DNA of 64,000 nt from Macrostomum lignano (taxonomy: Eukaryota): positions 1 to 64,000 of the forward strand of contig NIVC01003215.1 in assembly GCA_002269645.1 (NCBI GenBank), written 5' to 3'. The position numbers and the translations under genes were made by a program. The notes beneath the pieces were generated by a model that saw only the letters and a program-made list of their open reading frames with translations, did no database searches and was not told the origin of the DNA. Shown here one piece after another: positions 61,480 through 64,000 of this stretch (positions within the stretch are counted from its first letter, which is position 1; the number at the start of each line of letters is the position of its first letter).

Positions 61480-63914
61480 ATGCACAGGAAGCGCAAATGG
61501 GAGCAGGGCCGGGCCAGCAGGCAGGTGCAATTCCTCACTGCGGAGGACCGCGAAACCGGCGGCAAGGCCTGCTGGGACCAGCTGGAAATTGTCGGCAATG
61601 TGAAAATATTCCCGCCCGGCCTGTGCTGCATGACCTACCTGCGCTACCTGTACATGTCACACAACAAAATCAGCGTCATCCCCAGCCAGATTTCCCAGTT
61701 GAAGAATCTCGTTCACCTGGACCTGTCCTTCAATATGATCAAGATTCTGCCGCCGGAGATTGGCGAACTCACTGAGCTTAAGGAGCTCTACCTGCAGAAC
61801 AACCAAATCAGAGCTCTGCCCATGCAGATTGGCCGCCTGTTCCAGCTCACCACCCTTAATCTGAATCACAATCCGCTTAGTCCGGACATCTCTCAGCTTT
61901 ACAATGCTGAGACTACTCAGAATATGCTCAGCTGGTTTCTGGATAGCGAAGGTATTATTAGAGTCTTGGCTGGTTCAATCTGTGCATTTTTTACTTAGAC
62001 TGAAACTGAAACTACTGAAAATTTACTGAGAAAATCATTTCTAAGAGAGCTCCTATCATCAAGTAAGAATAGCATGGAATAAGCTTCTCTCTAAGAACCC
62101 CGCTTATTCAAATTAGAAGTCCATCGTAGAAATTGCATATCTATTCAACTTAAAGTCCCCCCCCCCTGCCTAGATTAAACTATCGCCCATGGTACCTGTA
62201 TTTCTAAGAAAACCGAAATCGCACCACAGGATTCGCCATGCCGCCGCCGCCCAGCCGAAACTGGCGGTACCTGCGCAATCCCAACGACACCAGCGATGGA
62301 ATGGCCTTCACGCTCATGTGCTACAACGTACTGTGCGAAGGCTACGCCACTAAGAAGCAGTACCCCTACTGTCCGTCCTGGGCGCTGCAGTGGGAGTACC
62401 GGAGACGCGGCATTATGGATGAGATTCGTGTCTACCAGGCTGATATTCTCTGTCTGCAGGTGCGCCTTTGCTTTATTCAGTTGGTTTGCTACCTTCCTTA
62501 GGTGCTCAGGTCGCCACATTTCCAGATGATCAGGTCACCACACTACCAGGTGCTCAGTTTGTTACCCTGCAAGATCCACATTCCCAGGTGTGGTCAGGTC
62601 GCCACACTCCCAGTTGGTCACATTCCCAGGTGTGGTCAGGTCGCCACACTCCCAGTTGGTCACATTCCCAGGTGTGGTCAGATCGCCACATTCCCAGTTG
62701 GTCACATTCCCAGGTGTGGTCAGGTCGCCACACTCCCAGTTGGTCACATTCCCAGGTGTGGTCAGGTCGCCACACTCCCAGTTGGTCACATTCCCAGGTG
62801 TGGTCAGGTCGCCACACTCCCAGTTGGTCACATTCCCAGGTGTGGTCAGGTCGCCACACTCCCAGTTGGTCACATTTCCAGGTGTGGTCAGGTCGCCACA
62901 CTCCCAGTTGGTCACATTCCCAGGTGTGGTCAGGTCGCCACACTCCCAGTTGGTCACATTCCCAGGTGTGGTCAGATCGCCACACTCCCAGTTGGTCACA
63001 TTCCCAGGTGTGGTCAGATCGCCACACTCCCAGTTGGTCACATTCCCAGGTGTGGTCAGATCGCCACACTCCCAGTTGGTCACATTCCCAGGTGTGGTCA
63101 GGTCGCCACACTCCCAGTTGGTCACATTCCCAGGTGTGGTCAGATCGCCACACTCCCAGTTGGTCACATTCCCAGGTGTGGTCAGGTCGCCACACTCCCA
63201 GTTGGTCACATTCCCAGGTGTGGTCAGATCGCCACACTCCCAGTTGGCCACATTCCCAGGTGTGGTCAGATCGCCACACTCCCAGTTGGTCACATTCCCA
63301 GGTGTGGTCAGATCGCCACATTCCCAGTTGGTCACATTCCCAGGTGTGGTCAGATCGCCACACTCCCAGTTGGTCACATTCCCAGGTGTGGTCAGGTCGC
63401 CACACTCCCAGTTGGTCACATTCCCAGGTGTGGTCAGGTCGCCACACTCCCAGTTGGTCACATTCCCAGGTGTGGTCAGGTCGCCACACTCCCAGTTGGT
63501 CACATTCCCAGGTGTGGTCAGGTCGCCACATTCCCAGGTGTGGTCAGGTCGCCACATTTCCTATGGTCGCTCTGCATTGACCCAACCCTTTCATTGATAT
63601 TTGGTTCAAAGGTTATTCCAGTTAAATGGCATTAATTCAGTTGCTATGCAGCCAGCCCCATCACTCCAGCCTCCCCCCGCCCGCAGGAGGTGGAGACCGA
63701 GCAGTTCTCGGTGTTCTTCAAGCCCGAGCTGGCCAAAAGCGGCTATGACGGCATCTTTAGCGCGAAGAGCCGCGCCAAGACGATGTCGGCAAGCGAGAGC
63801 AAGTACGTCGACGGGGTGGCCATCTTCTGGAAGAAAGAGCGCTTCAATCTCATCAAAGAGGACGTCATCGAGTTCTCGCGCATGGCTGTTGAACGCTACG
63901 AGAAGGATTGCAAG
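61480..63914 (+). CDS. cnot6: CCR4/CNOT6 deadenylase (LRR plus EEP nuclease), partial; exons 61480-61951, 62230-62459, 63687-63914, continuing beyond the window
   Basis: WDQLEIVG, LRR repeats, FTLMCYNVLC, YCPSWALQWEYRR, ADILCLQ|EVETEQ, GYDGIFSAKSRAKTMS, VDGVAIF. The frame is open upstream to 61348, so the true start may be earlier. Confidence 0.95.
62576..63560. repeat. 42-bp intronic minisatellite (CACATTCCCAGGTGTGGTCAGGTCGCCACACTCCCAGTTGGT), about 23 copies
   Basis: Direct inspection; 14-aa periodic ORFs in several frames. Confidence 0.96.
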
Positions 63915-64000
63915 GTTGGCTGCTCAGATGTTTGAAAGTTCTTTCTGACGTACCCATTGTCACCGGGTATCCCTCTAATCACCTACCTGTGTCACCGGGT

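Overview
Eukaryotic (metazoan) genomic DNA with GC-rich exons, AT-rich transposon-filled blocks and minisatellite-filled introns. This style suggests a flatworm such as Macrostomum (inference, not proven). Minus-strand genes: an XBP1 orthologue with a 23-nt IRE1-type intron and exact ERSE and UPRE motifs upstream; a SETD2-architecture gene (AWS-SET-WW-SRI) whose SET domain has lost the key catalytic, SAM-binding and zinc residues; a divergent RRN3/TIF-IA carrying a truncated Ty3/Gypsy element in an intron; and an orphan low-complexity gene. Plus-strand genes: a CHK2-like FHA kinase, an Emi1/FBXO5-like F-box-ZBR protein, a 94-aa ORF consisting mainly of the TOX4 C-terminal Cys/His motif, and a CCR4/CNOT6 deadenylase cut by the window end. 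Mobile DNA includes a near-intact mariner, several MITEs with verifiable TIRs and TSDs, and two copies of a tRNA-headed SINE. The best leads are the predicted pseudo-methyltransferase SETD2, the apparently stand-alone TOX4-motif microprotein, intronic minisatellites built from splice-signal-like units, and a consistent CpG-decay signature in transposons. Isolated 1-nt frameshifts suggest assembly indel errors, so frame-dependent claims need read or cDNA validation. All homology calls come from remembered family motifs; no searches were run.
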